From Caldimicrobium thiodismutans (lineage in GTDB: Bacteria > Desulfobacterota > Thermodesulfobacteria > Thermodesulfobacteriales > Thermodesulfobacteriaceae), in assembly GCF_001548275.1 (NCBI RefSeq), contig NZ_AP014945.1, positions 330,001-362,000 of the forward strand: a DNA stretch of 32,000 nucleotides. Reading direction: 5' to 3'. This document shows, piece after piece, positions 1 through 9,666 of the stretch (its first letter is position 1; every line of letters starts with the position of its first letter). Made by a program: the position numbers and the translations under genes. The notes under the pieces are model-generated. The model worked only from the letters and a program-made list of their open reading frames with translations, was not told where the DNA came from and made no database searches.

Positions 1-446
1 ATTTTTATCTTAAAAAGAAGGGAGAACACTTTCTTTACTGGGCAGACCTGGTTATAGTTCCAGCCCCCCTTGGACTTTTTTTCGGAAGGATTGGAAATTT
101 TATAAACGGTGAAATCTTTGGTAAACCCTCCAATCTTCCCTGGGCTATGGTTTTTCCAGAGGGAGGCCCTATTCCCAGACATCCCGTTCAGCTCTACGAA
201 TCCTTAGTCACAGGTCTTTTTCTTTTCTTGCTTCTCTGGAGTATTAGGAATAAACCCTGGAAAGAGGGGGCTAAACTCTCTTTTTTCTTAATTGTCTATG
301 GTATTTTGAGATTCCTTTTTGAATTTTTACGCGAGCCTGGACAGAGCTTTAGCTTACTTTTTGGCTGGATGACCATGGGACAGGTTCTTTGTCTCGGTAT
401 GATATTTACAGGTTCATTACTATTGTTTTACATCCATAGGAAGTAG
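1..446 (+). CDS. lgt: Prolipoprotein diacylglyceryl transferase Lgt, C-terminal part (5' end outside window)
   Basis: The frame is open from the window edge (codon phase starts at nt 3). Hand translation gives ...LGLFFGRIGNFINGEIFGKPSNLPWAMVFPEGGPIPRHPVQLYES..., matching the conserved Lgt motifs (GRxGNFxNGE, HPxQLYE), followed by hydrophobic helices. Stop TAG at 444-446. Confidence 0.85.
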   Translation, partial: FYLKKKGEHFLYWADLVIVPAPLGLFFGRIGNFINGEIFGKPSNLPWAMVFPEGGPIPRHPVQLYESLVTGLFLFLLLWSIRNKPWKEGAKLSFFLIVYGILRFLFEFLREPGQSFSLLFGWMTMGQVLCLGMIFTGSLLLFYIHRK

Positions 447-1244
447 TTCTTCAATGGCTTTTGCTATCTCTTTGGCCTGATTAAAGGCCTGGGAAAAAAG
501 TTGGTAGGCAAGAGAATCTCTCCGATTTAAAATTTTTGTTAAATCCTGACAGTTTTTACAGAGGAGATTTCTGAATTTTTTTCCAAAGGGGTTTTCAAGT
601 TGAATACGGGCATAGAGTCCCTCATCTTGTTTGGCAAGCCTTTTGAGGATTTCAAGCTGGCCAAGAAAACTTGGAGTGGAAAGGGCTATAAGCTCCTCAA
701 CTTTGAAATTAGCTGAATGAATAAGATTGCCAAGGAGCATTAACCAGAAGTGATTTATAACCTGCACAAGGCCCATAACCTCATCATGTCTTTTGGGGTG
801 AATTTTCACCACCCTTAGTCCAGCTTTGCTGAAAACCTCTGAGATCCAGAGATAACCCTTTTTTCCACGCAAGGGATAAAGGGCAACTGTTTTTCCCTGA
901 AGATCCCTCTCATAAGGGCCAAAAAGAGGATGTCCTGCTATAAGCTCTCCTTTTTTAAGAACTCTTCGCATGAGCCTTGCTGGTTCAAGCTTGAGAGAGC
1001 AGATATCCATGATCCAATGATGTCTCTCCACATAGGGGGCTATTTCAACTACAACCTTAGCAAAAACCTCCATCGGGAGAGATAGAAGAATAAATTTAGA
1101 CCTCTTCATAAGTTCGGGAAGACTTAATCCCCTTTCCACATCCGATATCATTACAGAATAGCCCCTTTCCTCAAAGAATCTGTGAAAGAGTCTTCCCATT
1201 TTTCCTGCGCCACCTACTATCCCTATACTAAAGTTTTCGTCCAT
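420..1244 (-). CDS. tyrA: Prephenate/arogenate dehydrogenase (TyrA family)
   Basis: N-terminal Rossmann motif IGIVGGAGKMG, HPLFGP motif, HDEVMGLVQVINHF and STPSF...RLAKQDEGLYARIQLENP, all typical of TyrA. The 3' end overlaps lgt convergently by 27 nt. Confidence 0.8.
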   Translation of the reverse strand: MDENFSIGIVGGAGKMGRLFHRFFEERGYSVMISDVERGLSLPELMKRSKFILLSLPMEVFAKVVVEIAPYVERHHWIMDICSLKLEPARLMRRVLKKGELIAGHPLFGPYERDLQGKTVALYPLRGKKGYLWISEVFSKAGLRVVKIHPKRHDEVMGLVQVINHFWLMLLGNLIHSANFKVEELIALSTPSFLGQLEILKRLAKQDEGLYARIQLENPFGKKFRNLLCKNCQDLTKILNRRDSLAYQLFSQAFNQAKEIAKAIEELLPMDVKQ

Positions 1245-1309
1245 TTAAGCCCCCCTGATATCAATTTGTAATCAAAAGTCTAATCCAGAGCAAGGTTTCC
1301 CCTGAACTG

Positions 1310-3730
1310 TCAAGCTATCTCAGAGAGTTTTAGTCTTTCCTCCCATCTTCTAAAAAGTTCTTCCCGCAAAGCTGGATACCTTTCAAGGGTGGGGTCTTCT
1401 TTAATAAGTTCAAAGGCTGCTTCTTTGGCCAGCAGAAGAAGATCTATATCTCTTACTGGATCTGCCCTTTTAAATTCAATAAAACCGGATTGCTGAGTCC
1501 CGAAGATATCCCCTGGACCTCTAAGGTGCATATCTGCCTCTGCTATCTTAAAGCCATCATTGGTTTTACACAGAACCTGCAGGCGTTTGTAAGCTTCACT
1601 TTGGAAAGAGATCTTGTAGGCTATCAAGAAACAATAAGATTGTTTATCACTTCTACCTACTCGGCCCCTCAACTGATGTAACTGCGAAAGCCCAAATCTT
1701 TCAGCATGTTCAATAACTATGACTGTTGCATTGGGAACATCCACCCCTACTTCAACGACAGTTGTTGAGACAAGCACATCTATCTCTCTTCTTTTGAAGG
1801 CCTGCATAACCATGTCTTTTTCCTGAGAGCTCATTTTACCATGTAAGATACCCACCTTGAATTCAGGAAATATATCTTCTTGAAGCTCTTTCCCGTGAGT
1901 AAGGACTGCCTTTAAGTCCAAGGCCTCGGACTCTTCAATAAGGGGTAAAATCACATAGGCCTGATGCCCTTTCTGGAGCTCCTTTCTTACCTCTTCATAA
2001 GCCAGTCTTCGGTTATATTCCAGAAAGAGCTTGGTTATAACCGGTTTTCTTCCCTTAGGCATCTCATCAATAATAGATACATCTAAATCTCCATAGACGG
2101 TAAGAGCAAGAGTTCTGGGGATAGGAGTTGCAGTCATAACCAGGGTATCCGGGTTAAGACCTTTAGCTTTTTCCCGGAGAGAAGCCCTCTGAAGGACGCC
2201 AAAGCGATGTTGCTCATCAATAATAACCAGGCCAAGCCTTTTAAATTCCACCCCTTCTTGAAAGAGCGCATGGGTTCCTATAACAAATTTATAAAAGCCT
2301 GTGGCAAGGCCATTACAGATTTCCCTTTTTCGGGAGGGTGCAAGTCCTCCTGTAAGAAGAGCACTTTCAACCCCCATAAGCTGAGCATAACTTCTGAAAC
2401 TGCGATAGTGCTGTTCCGCAAGAATTTCTGTAGGAGCCATAAGGGCTACTTGATATCCATTCTCAATGGCAATAAGGCCAGCTACAAAGGCAACTACAGT
2501 TTTTCCACACCCCACATCCCCCTGAATAAGCCTATTCATAGGTATATCTCGGGCCATATCCCTTTTGATCTCTTCTATGACCTTCTTTTGGGCAGAGGTT
2601 AGCTCAAAGGGAAGTTTCTCTAAAAAATCTTTTGCCAGCCTTGATTCAACATTAAAGGCAATTCCCTTTTCAAGGGCAATTTTGCTTTTCTTAAGGGCAA
2701 GACCAAGCTCAAGGAAAAAAAACTCTTCAAAGGAGAGACTTCGATGATAAAGATTGTTTCCATCCAGAAGAATTTCTATTTTTTCCGAATTTTGAGGTAA
2801 ATGTAAGGCTATCAAAGCCTTTTTTAAAGGGAGAAGTTTAACCCTCTGTAAGAATTTGGTAGGAATAAGGTTATCTACATATTCAACATATTCCTTTACA
2901 ACTCTTTGGAGGATCTTTCTTAAGGTCTTTTCTGGAATCCTCTCTAAGGTTGGATAAATTGGGACAATATGCCCCAGTTCAGCTGCTATTTTTTCTGTAT
3001 CCTCTTCTGAAATAGTCTCAGGATGACTCATTTCAAGATTGCGTAAGAATCGGTTGACCTCTCCTATAGCATAGATTTTCTTTCCTACCGGAAAGAGGCC
3101 TCGCATGACCTTATCCTGAAAATGAAACCATTTGAGGGTGAGAAAACCAGTCCCATCAGTAATAAGAATCTCATAGGTTTTACGCCGTGAATAATAATTG
3201 ATCCCACTTTTAAGGATTTCACCAAAAACTACCGCCTTCACTCCTTCAACTAAATTTCCTATAGGGGTGATCTTTCTTCGGTCCTCATAAGTTCGGGGTA
3301 AAAAAAAGAGAAGATCCTCTATAGTATGAAGGTCTCTTTTAGCCAGTTTTTGAGCAAGTTTTGGGCCAATCCCTTTAAGGGTTTCTATTCCTTGAGAAAG
3401 GATCTTACGATTTTTACGATAAGTTTCAAGGGAAGGGATATCTTCAGGACCATCAAGTTTTAAAGGTTCATTAAAATTTTTTTGTAAAAGAAGGTCTTTT
3501 ATCTTTAAAAGGCGAAGTTTTTTCTCATCCATTGAGAGAGCATCTAAGCTTTGAGAAAGGAGTCTTAACTGGGTTTGTAAATCCGTGGGAATTTCTGGGG
3601 GAGCCTCTTTGAGAAGTTGCAGAAAGGTCTTTTCAAGGTCTTTGCTTTTAGGCAAAAGAGCAAAGTCCTTCTTAGTTAAAGATTCTATAATATTTGAGAA
3701 TCTCTTTAGCCAGTTTTCCTTGGTATCCAT
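1310..3730 (-). CDS. recG: ATP-dependent DNA helicase RecG
   Basis: 806 aa. Has a wedge/OB region, Walker A GDVGCGKTVVA, DEQHRFGV (DEQH box), TATPIPRTL, and the helicase C motif HGKM...VSTTVVEVGVDVPNATVIVIEHAERFGLSQLHQLRGRVGR. Carries a long N-terminal extension. Confidence 0.93.
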   Translation of the reverse strand: MDTKENWLKRFSNIIESLTKKDFALLPKSKDLEKTFLQLLKEAPPEIPTDLQTQLRLLSQSLDALSMDEKKLRLLKIKDLLLQKNFNEPLKLDGPEDIPSLETYRKNRKILSQGIETLKGIGPKLAQKLAKRDLHTIEDLLFFLPRTYEDRRKITPIGNLVEGVKAVVFGEILKSGINYYSRRKTYEILITDGTGFLTLKWFHFQDKVMRGLFPVGKKIYAIGEVNRFLRNLEMSHPETISEEDTEKIAAELGHIVPIYPTLERIPEKTLRKILQRVVKEYVEYVDNLIPTKFLQRVKLLPLKKALIALHLPQNSEKIEILLDGNNLYHRSLSFEEFFFLELGLALKKSKIALEKGIAFNVESRLAKDFLEKLPFELTSAQKKVIEEIKRDMARDIPMNRLIQGDVGCGKTVVAFVAGLIAIENGYQVALMAPTEILAEQHYRSFRSYAQLMGVESALLTGGLAPSRKREICNGLATGFYKFVIGTHALFQEGVEFKRLGLVIIDEQHRFGVLQRASLREKAKGLNPDTLVMTATPIPRTLALTVYGDLDVSIIDEMPKGRKPVITKLFLEYNRRLAYEEVRKELQKGHQAYVILPLIEESEALDLKAVLTHGKELQEDIFPEFKVGILHGKMSSQEKDMVMQAFKRREIDVLVSTTVVEVGVDVPNATVIVIEHAERFGLSQLHQLRGRVGRSDKQSYCFLIAYKISFQSEAYKRLQVLCKTNDGFKIAEADMHLRGPGDIFGTQQSGFIEFKRADPVRDIDLLLLAKEAAFELIKEDPTLERYPALREELFRRWEERLKLSEIA

Positions 3731-3752
3731 ATAATTTATTAAGGCTTGGTTG

Positions 3753-4598
3753 TTATGTCACTGAAATACTCTGAAGATTAAAATTACTCCAAATTTTTTG
3801 AAGTTCAAAGATTTTTCTTAAGTTTCCGTGTTTGAAAGCCCCTTTGAGAAAGATTTTGCTTTTATTCTTCGCCTCAGAGAGAAGAAGAAGTTTTTCTTCT
3901 GATGAAAGGTATGGACTGAATTCTTTATAAATCTTCAATAAGGCCTTTATGCGGTAAAAATCAAGACCCCTCTGTTGAGAGAGTTGATCAGATCTACCTC
4001 CATACTTTATGACCAGAGGTTCCTTTATAAGTCCCATAGGCATCTTTAAAGCCACTCTCAGGAAGAATTCGTAATCCTCACAAACTGGGAAGGATTCGTC
4101 AAAAAGTCCAATTTCATCAAAGACTTCTTTTTTAACAAGTAAGGTGGAAATAGAGACAACACAGAGTTTTACCGCGCGCTCTAAGAAAAATCCTTCTGCC
4201 TTGGCATGATACCTCTTGGGGTTTAGTCTCTTTTTCCCTTTATACCAGATCTCTTCAGTCTGAACAAGCTTAGCCCAGAGGTTTTTTTCTAAATATTTAA
4301 TCTGTTTTTCTATCTTAGAGGGTAAAAATTCATCATCACTATCCAGAAAGGCTATAAGATTTCCCCGGGCTTTAAGGATGCCTCGATTCCTTGCAAAGGC
4401 AACACCCCTGTTGTCTGGAAGACGCACATATCTTAAGGGATATTTTGAAATCACCCTCGGAGTATTATCCTTTGAGCCATCATCAATCACAATCAATTCC
4501 AGAGAAGAATAGCTCTGCCGAAGAACACTTTTTATAGCCCTTTCCAAAAGATGGGCCCTATTATAGGTAGGAATAATTACAGAAACATGGGGCTCCAT
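3753..4598 (-). CDS. Family 2 glycosyltransferase
   Basis: VSVIIPTYNRAHLLERAIKSVLRQSY...LELIVIDDGSKDNT...FLDSDDEF is the classic GT-A/GT2 N-terminal signature. Sits 22 nt upstream of recG on the same strand (probable GT2-recG-tyrA operon). Confidence 0.85.
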   Translation of the reverse strand: MEPHVSVIIPTYNRAHLLERAIKSVLRQSYSSLELIVIDDGSKDNTPRVISKYPLRYVRLPDNRGVAFARNRGILKARGNLIAFLDSDDEFLPSKIEKQIKYLEKNLWAKLVQTEEIWYKGKKRLNPKRYHAKAEGFFLERAVKLCVVSISTLLVKKEVFDEIGLFDESFPVCEDYEFFLRVALKMPMGLIKEPLVIKYGGRSDQLSQQRGLDFYRIKALLKIYKEFSPYLSSEEKLLLLSEAKNKSKIFLKGAFKHGNLRKIFELQKIWSNFNLQSISVT

Positions 4599-4668
4599 AT
4601 CTAAAAATTAGAACACCTTTTGGATTTAACAATATTTCAAAGGGCAGGAAAGCATTATTTGTGAAAAA

Positions 4669-4697
4669 TTGCTGCAAAGGCTGAAAAAAGATAAAAT
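4669..4697 (+). promoter_or_regulatory. Candidate sigma-70 promoter for the RACo-like gene (TTGCTG-N17-TAAAAT)
   Basis: TTGCTG at 4669-4674, 17-nt spacer, TAAAAT at 4692-4697, about 45 nt upstream of ATG 4743, which has a strong SD (GAAGGAGGAAGG). AT-rich context makes false positives likely. Confidence 0.3.
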
Positions 4698-4742
4698 TAT
4701 TTTAAATTTGTTAAGGGATTACCTACAGAAGGAGGAAGGCTT

Positions 4743-6599
4743 ATGCCCAGGGTTTTGTTTCAACCCTATCAAATAGAAGCTGAGATTTCACCTGATGAGA
4801 CAGTTATTGATCTGGCAATGAAGCTTGGCATTCATATAAATGCAAGCTGTGGAGGAATCGGGGTATGTAATAAGTGCAAGGTCTTCCTTGAGTCAGGAGA
4901 GGCTAAGGGAGAAAAGATTGAGGATATCTATTATAAGGCCTGTACCCTCTATCCGGTAACTGATATAGTTGTGCGCATCCCTGTGGAAAGCCATTTTGAC
5001 CGGAAGGCTCTTCTTCGCAAAACAAGAGCACAAGCCCTTGAAAGAAAAGAGACCTTATCCCTTGATCCACCTATTAAAAAGGTTTATTTAGAACTTACCC
5101 CTCCTGATATTGAAGAAAATACCCCTGATCTTGAGAGGCTTTTAAGTGCTCTATCAGAGAAGGAATTTGAAATAACCGAAGTCCCCTATTCTCTTTTAAG
5201 AAGTCTCCCCCATGTCCTCAGAGAGGCTGATTTTAAAGTAACGGTGACTCTTTTTAAGCATGCCAGGGGTTATCGTTTAATTGACCTTGAAGCAGGCTAT
5301 ACCCTTGAAAGGAATCTTGCAGTAGCTATGGATCTCGGGACAACCACCCTTCAGCTTGAGTTACTTGACTTAAATTCTGGAGAAACCTTAGCCTATACCT
5401 CTGATTATAATCCTCAGATTAGCTATGGTGAAGATGTTATAAGTAGAATAGAGTTTGCCCGCAAAAAGGATGGTCTGAAACTCTTAGCAGAAAGAGTTAA
5501 AGAAAGATCCCTTCTCCTTATGGAGGAACTCCTCAAAGAGGCGGGAAGAAAAATAAGTGAAATAAATCTCTTCTCTATAGCTGGAAATACTGTTATGACC
5601 CATCTTTTTCTTGAGCTTGAACCCCGTTTTTTAAGGGAGTATCCCTATGTGCCTGTAGCAAAAAATTATCCACTTCTTAGAGCTAAAGATTTAGGGCTTC
5701 CTTTGAAGGAGGAGAGTGTTGTGCTCTTTTCTCCATCTGTGGCAAGCTATGTGGGTGGTGATATTACAGCAGGGGTGCTTGCATCACTTATGGCCCAGGA
5801 AGAGCAGTTAACCCTTTTTATTGATCTTGGGACCAATGGGGAGATAGTGGTTGGAAACAGAGATTTTCTTATGTGTGCAGCTTGTTCAGCCGGGCCAGCT
5901 TTTGAAGGGGGTGGTATAAAATGCGGTATGAGGGCAACAAGTGGCGCCATTGAATCTGTTAATATTGATCCTCAAACCTATGAGCCCATGTTTCTTACCA
6001 TCGGAAGGAAAAAGGCTAAGGGGATTTGTGGCTCAGGAATAATCTCTCTTATGGCAAGTTTACTCAGGGTTGGCCTTATTGATAAGGCTGGAAAATATAG
6101 ACGAGATCTTAAGCATCCCAGATTAAGAGAGGGTGATGAGGGCTATGAATATATACTTGTTTTTAAAGAGGACTCAGCAACTGGTGCAGATATAGTCTTT
6201 ACAGAAAATGATATAGAAAATCTTATCCGCGCTAAAGGGGCTATGTTTGCAGGTTATCAGATTCTTCTTGAATCTGTGGGCTTAAGTATTAATGAGCTTG
6301 AGAGGGTTTTTTTAGCTGGAACTTTTGGAAGTTATATTGACCTTGAGGATGCTATAACCATTGGGCTTCTTCCTGATCTTCCAAGAGATCGTTTTTATTT
6401 TCTTGGGAATACCAGTTTACAGGGTGCCAAAAAGGTGGTATTATATACTCATAAAAGAGAGGAGCTTATGAGAATAACTCAAATGATGACCCATGTTGAG
6501 CTTTCCAATCATCCCAAGTATATGGACTATTATATGGCAGCACTATTTTTACCCCATACAGATGAATCCCTATTCCCATCCCTAAGTCAGAGAGGTTAA
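4743..6599 (+). CDS. 2Fe-2S ferredoxin domain + ASKHA (DUF4445) protein, RACo-like corrinoid reductive activator family
   Basis: N-terminal plant-type ferredoxin Cys cluster (NASCGGIGVCNKCKV), followed by a sugar-kinase/actin-like fold with MDLGTTT and IDLGTNGEIV phosphate-binding motifs. Length of about 620 aa is typical of RACo-like proteins. Confidence 0.75.
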   Translation: MPRVLFQPYQIEAEISPDETVIDLAMKLGIHINASCGGIGVCNKCKVFLESGEAKGEKIEDIYYKACTLYPVTDIVVRIPVESHFDRKALLRKTRAQALERKETLSLDPPIKKVYLELTPPDIEENTPDLERLLSALSEKEFEITEVPYSLLRSLPHVLREADFKVTVTLFKHARGYRLIDLEAGYTLERNLAVAMDLGTTTLQLELLDLNSGETLAYTSDYNPQISYGEDVISRIEFARKKDGLKLLAERVKERSLLLMEELLKEAGRKISEINLFSIAGNTVMTHLFLELEPRFLREYPYVPVAKNYPLLRAKDLGLPLKEESVVLFSPSVASYVGGDITAGVLASLMAQEEQLTLFIDLGTNGEIVVGNRDFLMCAACSAGPAFEGGGIKCGMRATSGAIESVNIDPQTYEPMFLTIGRKKAKGICGSGIISLMASLLRVGLIDKAGKYRRDLKHPRLREGDEGYEYILVFKEDSATGADIVFTENDIENLIRAKGAMFAGYQILLESVGLSINELERVFLAGTFGSYIDLEDAITIGLLPDLPRDRFYFLGNTSLQGAKKVVLYTHKREELMRITQMMTHVELSNHPKYMDYYMAALFLPHTDESLFPSLSQRG

Positions 6600-6601
6600 A
6601 G

Positions 6602-7246
6602 ATGATCCATCCAGAGGGACGGCCTTTTGTGCTTTTTCCTTTATTAGCTTCAGGCCTTTCTGCCCTGATTAAAAGGCCGAAGCTTGCCTGTTCCTTTCTT
6701 GGTCTTTCTTTGGCAAATGCCTTCTTTTTCAGAAATCCAAAGAGAGAACCCCTCCTTGAACCTGAGCTTGTTATCTCTCCTGCAGATGGGAAGATTATTT
6801 GTTGTAAGGTTGAGGAAAGACCTGACTGGTTTGATGGGCCTCTCTATCGGATTGGAATATTTATGCGTCTCTGGGATGTGCATATAAATCGTAGTCCAGT
6901 TTCAGGAAAGGTCCTTAAGGTGATCCATCTTCAGGGAGAAAAAAGGCCTGTTTTTTTGGATGAGAGCTTAGAAAAGAATGAGAAGATCTTTTACCTCATT
7001 GAAAGGGAAGACGGATTTCCCTTCTGGGTGGTTCAGATTGCTGGGATTGTAGCCCGCCGGGCTAAAAATTTTGTCCTCCCCGGAGATGATCTCGTTACCG
7101 GTGATCTTCTCGGGATAATCAAGTTTAGCTCAAGGGTTGAACTCTTTTTCCCCTTTGAAGGGGCAGAACTCTTTGTTAAGGAAGGACAGAAGGTCTTTGC
7201 CGGAGAAACAGTGCTTGCTAAGATTCCTCTTAAATCCCTGGCATGA
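6602..7246 (+). CDS. psd: Phosphatidylserine decarboxylase proenzyme, short (archaetidylserine-decarboxylase-like) form
   Basis: ISPADGKI, GIFMRLWDVHINRSPVSGKV and a C-terminal KFSSRVELFFP (processing-site region). The stop overlaps the pssA start (ATGA, 7243-7246). Confidence 0.8.
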   Translation: MIHPEGRPFVLFPLLASGLSALIKRPKLACSFLGLSLANAFFFRNPKREPLLEPELVISPADGKIICCKVEERPDWFDGPLYRIGIFMRLWDVHINRSPVSGKVLKVIHLQGEKRPVFLDESLEKNEKIFYLIEREDGFPFWVVQIAGIVARRAKNFVLPGDDLVTGDLLGIIKFSSRVELFFPFEGAELFVKEGQKVFAGETVLAKIPLKSLA

Positions 7247-7962
7247 CGCCTCTTTTACCTCATATTTTTACTACCCTTAATCTTTTTGCCGGTTTTTTTG
7301 CTATTATAGCCTCCTTTGAAGGGAGGTTCTATCAGGCTGGAGTGGCTATTCTTCTTGCCATTGTTTTTGATGTCTTTGATGGGAGAATTGCCCGCCTAAT
7401 AGGACAAATGAGTAAATTCGGAAAGGAGTTTGATTCCTTAGCAGATATGGTCTCCTTTGGTATTGCTCCAGCTGTTCTAATTTACAACTTTTCTTTAAGA
7501 GGTTTTTCTCGGATGGGGTGGTTGGCCTGTTTTTTATATGCAGCCTGCGTTGCCCTAAGATTAGCAAGATTTAATGTAAAGTCTTCCTCTACGCTCTATT
7601 TTGAAGGATTACCATCCCCTGCAGGAGGCGCTATTATCTCTGCAACAGTTTTGCTCCTCTTAAATCTTGGAGTTGAGCTGTTTTATAGAAATTGGCTCCT
7701 CCTGATCATGGTCTATCTTCTTGCCTATCTTTTTATTTCACCTATTAAATATCCTGCCTTTAAGGAGATAAAGATTAAAAGTGCTCAGACCTTTTATTTT
7801 CTTGTTCTTTTTCTTTTGATGCTTACCCTTACTGCTGCTAATCCACCGCTCCTTCTTTTTGTTTTTGTTGCCTTTTATATCCTCATTGGCCCATTTGTTC
7901 TCTTTGGAAGGTATGGATCCAGATTCTTTAAAAAAATTTTTAAAAGAGGGCAAAAAACATAG
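7243..7962 (+). CDS. pssA: CDP-diacylglycerol--serine O-phosphatidyltransferase
   Basis: CDP-alcohol phosphatidyltransferase motif DVFDGRIARL...GKEFDSLADMVSFGIAP, with multiple TM helices. Translationally coupled to psd. Confidence 0.88.
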   Translation: MTPLLPHIFTTLNLFAGFFAIIASFEGRFYQAGVAILLAIVFDVFDGRIARLIGQMSKFGKEFDSLADMVSFGIAPAVLIYNFSLRGFSRMGWLACFLYAACVALRLARFNVKSSSTLYFEGLPSPAGGAIISATVLLLLNLGVELFYRNWLLLIMVYLLAYLFISPIKYPAFKEIKIKSAQTFYFLVLFLLMLTLTAANPPLLLFVFVAFYILIGPFVLFGRYGSRFFKKIFKRGQKT

Positions 7963-7966
7963 AAAA

Positions 7967-7995
7967 TTGACAAAAATTTAAAGATGTGTTAATTT
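7967..7995 (+). promoter_or_regulatory. Sigma-70 promoter with perfect -35 and extended -10 upstream of remA
   Basis: TTGACA at 7967-7972, 17-nt spacer, TGtTAATTT (TG at 7987-7988, hexamer at 7990-7995). About 30 nt upstream of ATG 8027, which is preceded by the SD AAGGGGGAAGG. Confidence 0.5.
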
Positions 7996-8026
7996 ATTTG
8001 GAGATAAATTAAGTAAGGGGGAAGGT

Positions 8027-8302
8027 ATGGCAGTTTCAGGAAAGCTTTTGAACATAGGTTTTGGTAATTATGTAGTGGCAGATAGGGTTATTGCCATTGT
8101 CAATCCCAATTCTGCTCCTATGAAAAGGCTCAAAGAAGAGGCCAAGGATACCAAAAGATTGGTTGATGCTACCCAGGGGCGAAAGACCCGTTCTATTATT
8201 ATAACTGATAGCAACCATGTTATCCTTTCTGCTATTCAGGCTGAAACCATAGCTCAGCGATTTGCAACAGATACCTTTAAACTTAAGGAAGAGGAAGAGT
8301 AG
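8027..8302 (+). CDS. remA: RemA/YlzA (DUF370) extracellular-matrix/biofilm regulator family protein
   Basis: [72 protein letters not shown] closely resembles the RemA family. The conserved remA-gmk gene order is present. Confidence 0.85.
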   Translation: MAVSGKLLNIGFGNYVVADRVIAIVNPNSAPMKRLKEEAKDTKRLVDATQGRKTRSIIITDSNHVILSAIQAETIAQRFATDTFKLKEEEE

Positions 8303-8305
8303 ACC

Positions 8306-8887
8306 TTGGAAAATTTGATCCTTATCGTTTCCGGGCCATCAGGGGCTGGGAAAAGCACTCTTCTAAAGGAACTTCCAGAAGAGGAATTTTATTTTTCAAT
8401 ATCTCATACCACCCGTGTTCCCAGACCAGGCGAGGTTGATGGAAGAGATTACTATTTTATCTCCCGAGAGACCTTTCTTGAGATGCTTAAGCGTGGAGAT
8501 TTTCTTGAGTGGATAGAGGTGCATTCTAACCTTTATGGAACAGCCAAAACAGAAATTGATAAGGCCTTTTCTCAGGGGAAGCATTTAGTCTTTGATGTGG
8601 AGGTTATAGGGGCAGGCAATCTTAAGAAATATTTTGGTCCCCTTGTGGTCTCCATATTCATTGCTCCTCCGAACTTAAAGATTCTTGAAGACCGCCTGAG
8701 GAAAAGAGGGGCAGAAACTGAAGAAAAGCTTCAGGAAAGATTGAAGAGATCAAGTTTTGAACTATCCTTAGCCCCATTCTTTGATTATATAGTTGTAAAT
8801 GATGATTTAGCTGAGGCTAAGAAGAGGTTTCTTTCTATCATCAGGGCAGAGCTTTGTCGCCCTTACAGGGTTAAACCCTCTTTCTGA
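8306..8887 (+). CDS. gmk: Guanylate kinase
   Basis: TTG start 3 nt after the remA stop. P-loop GPSGAGKSTL, SHTTRVPRPGEVDGRDYYF and EWIEVHSNLYGT are canonical Gmk motifs. Confidence 0.92.
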   Translation: MENLILIVSGPSGAGKSTLLKELPEEEFYFSISHTTRVPRPGEVDGRDYYFISRETFLEMLKRGDFLEWIEVHSNLYGTAKTEIDKAFSQGKHLVFDVEVIGAGNLKKYFGPLVVSIFIAPPNLKILEDRLRKRGAETEEKLQERLKRSSFELSLAPFFDYIVVNDDLAEAKKRFLSIIRAELCRPYRVKPSF

Positions 8888-8888
8888 G

Positions 8889-9644
8889 ATGTCAAGGGTT
8901 ATCTGGGGAATTAATCCCCTTCTTGAGGTTTTAAAAAACCAACCTGAGCTTATTGAAGAGATAGTTCTTGAGAAGAAGTCCCTTTCGGGTAAGAAGTTTC
9001 AGATTCTTGAAAAAGCTAAAGCCCTTGGGATTCCTGTTAAAATCTGGTCAAAGGGTGCTTTTTTTCCACCCAAGGTTCCCCATGATTCCCATACTCAGGG
9101 TGTAGTTGCCTATTTACGCACCTTTGAGTATGCAGAGCTCGAGGATATAGTTGCTCTCTGGGAGACAAGAGGAGAGGATCCCTTAGTTATAGCTCTTGAT
9201 GAGGTTACAGACCCCCAGAATGTAGGAAGTATTTTAAGGGTTGCTGATTCAGCTGGAGTTCATGGGCTTATTATTCCCAAGCACAGGGCCTGTGAAATAA
9301 CTGGCACGGTGATTAAAGTCTCAGCTGGGTCTGCCTTTCATCTTCCCATTGTAAGGGTAACCAATTTAAAAGAAGCGATCTCTTATTTTAAGGAAAGAGG
9401 CCTCTGGGTTCTTGGGCTAACCCACAAGACTGAAACAACTCTTTATGACCTTGACTTAAAAATCCCTCTTCTTTTGATAGCTGGAAATGAGGGAAAAGGG
9501 ATAAGACCCTCCATTCTGGAAAGATGTGATTTTCAAGCCCATCTTCCTATGCGCGGAAAGGTTGAAAGCCTCAATGTTTCTCAGGCAGTAAGTATTGCTC
9601 TTTATGAGATCTTAAGACAGAGATATTACTGCGCTGTAAAGTAG
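8889..9644 (+). CDS. rlmB: 23S rRNA (guanosine-2'-O)-methyltransferase, SpoU/TrmH group 3 (RlmB-like)
   Basis: N-terminal substrate-binding domain (GINPLLEVL), then SPOUT motifs LDEVTDPQNVGSILRVADSAGV, LIAGNEGKGIR and ESLNVSQAVSIALYE. Confidence 0.85.
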   Translation: MSRVIWGINPLLEVLKNQPELIEEIVLEKKSLSGKKFQILEKAKALGIPVKIWSKGAFFPPKVPHDSHTQGVVAYLRTFEYAELEDIVALWETRGEDPLVIALDEVTDPQNVGSILRVADSAGVHGLIIPKHRACEITGTVIKVSAGSAFHLPIVRVTNLKEAISYFKERGLWVLGLTHKTETTLYDLDLKIPLLLIAGNEGKGIRPSILERCDFQAHLPMRGKVESLNVSQAVSIALYEILRQRYYCAVK

Positions 9645-9666
9645 CCTACTTACATTTTCCAGCCCT

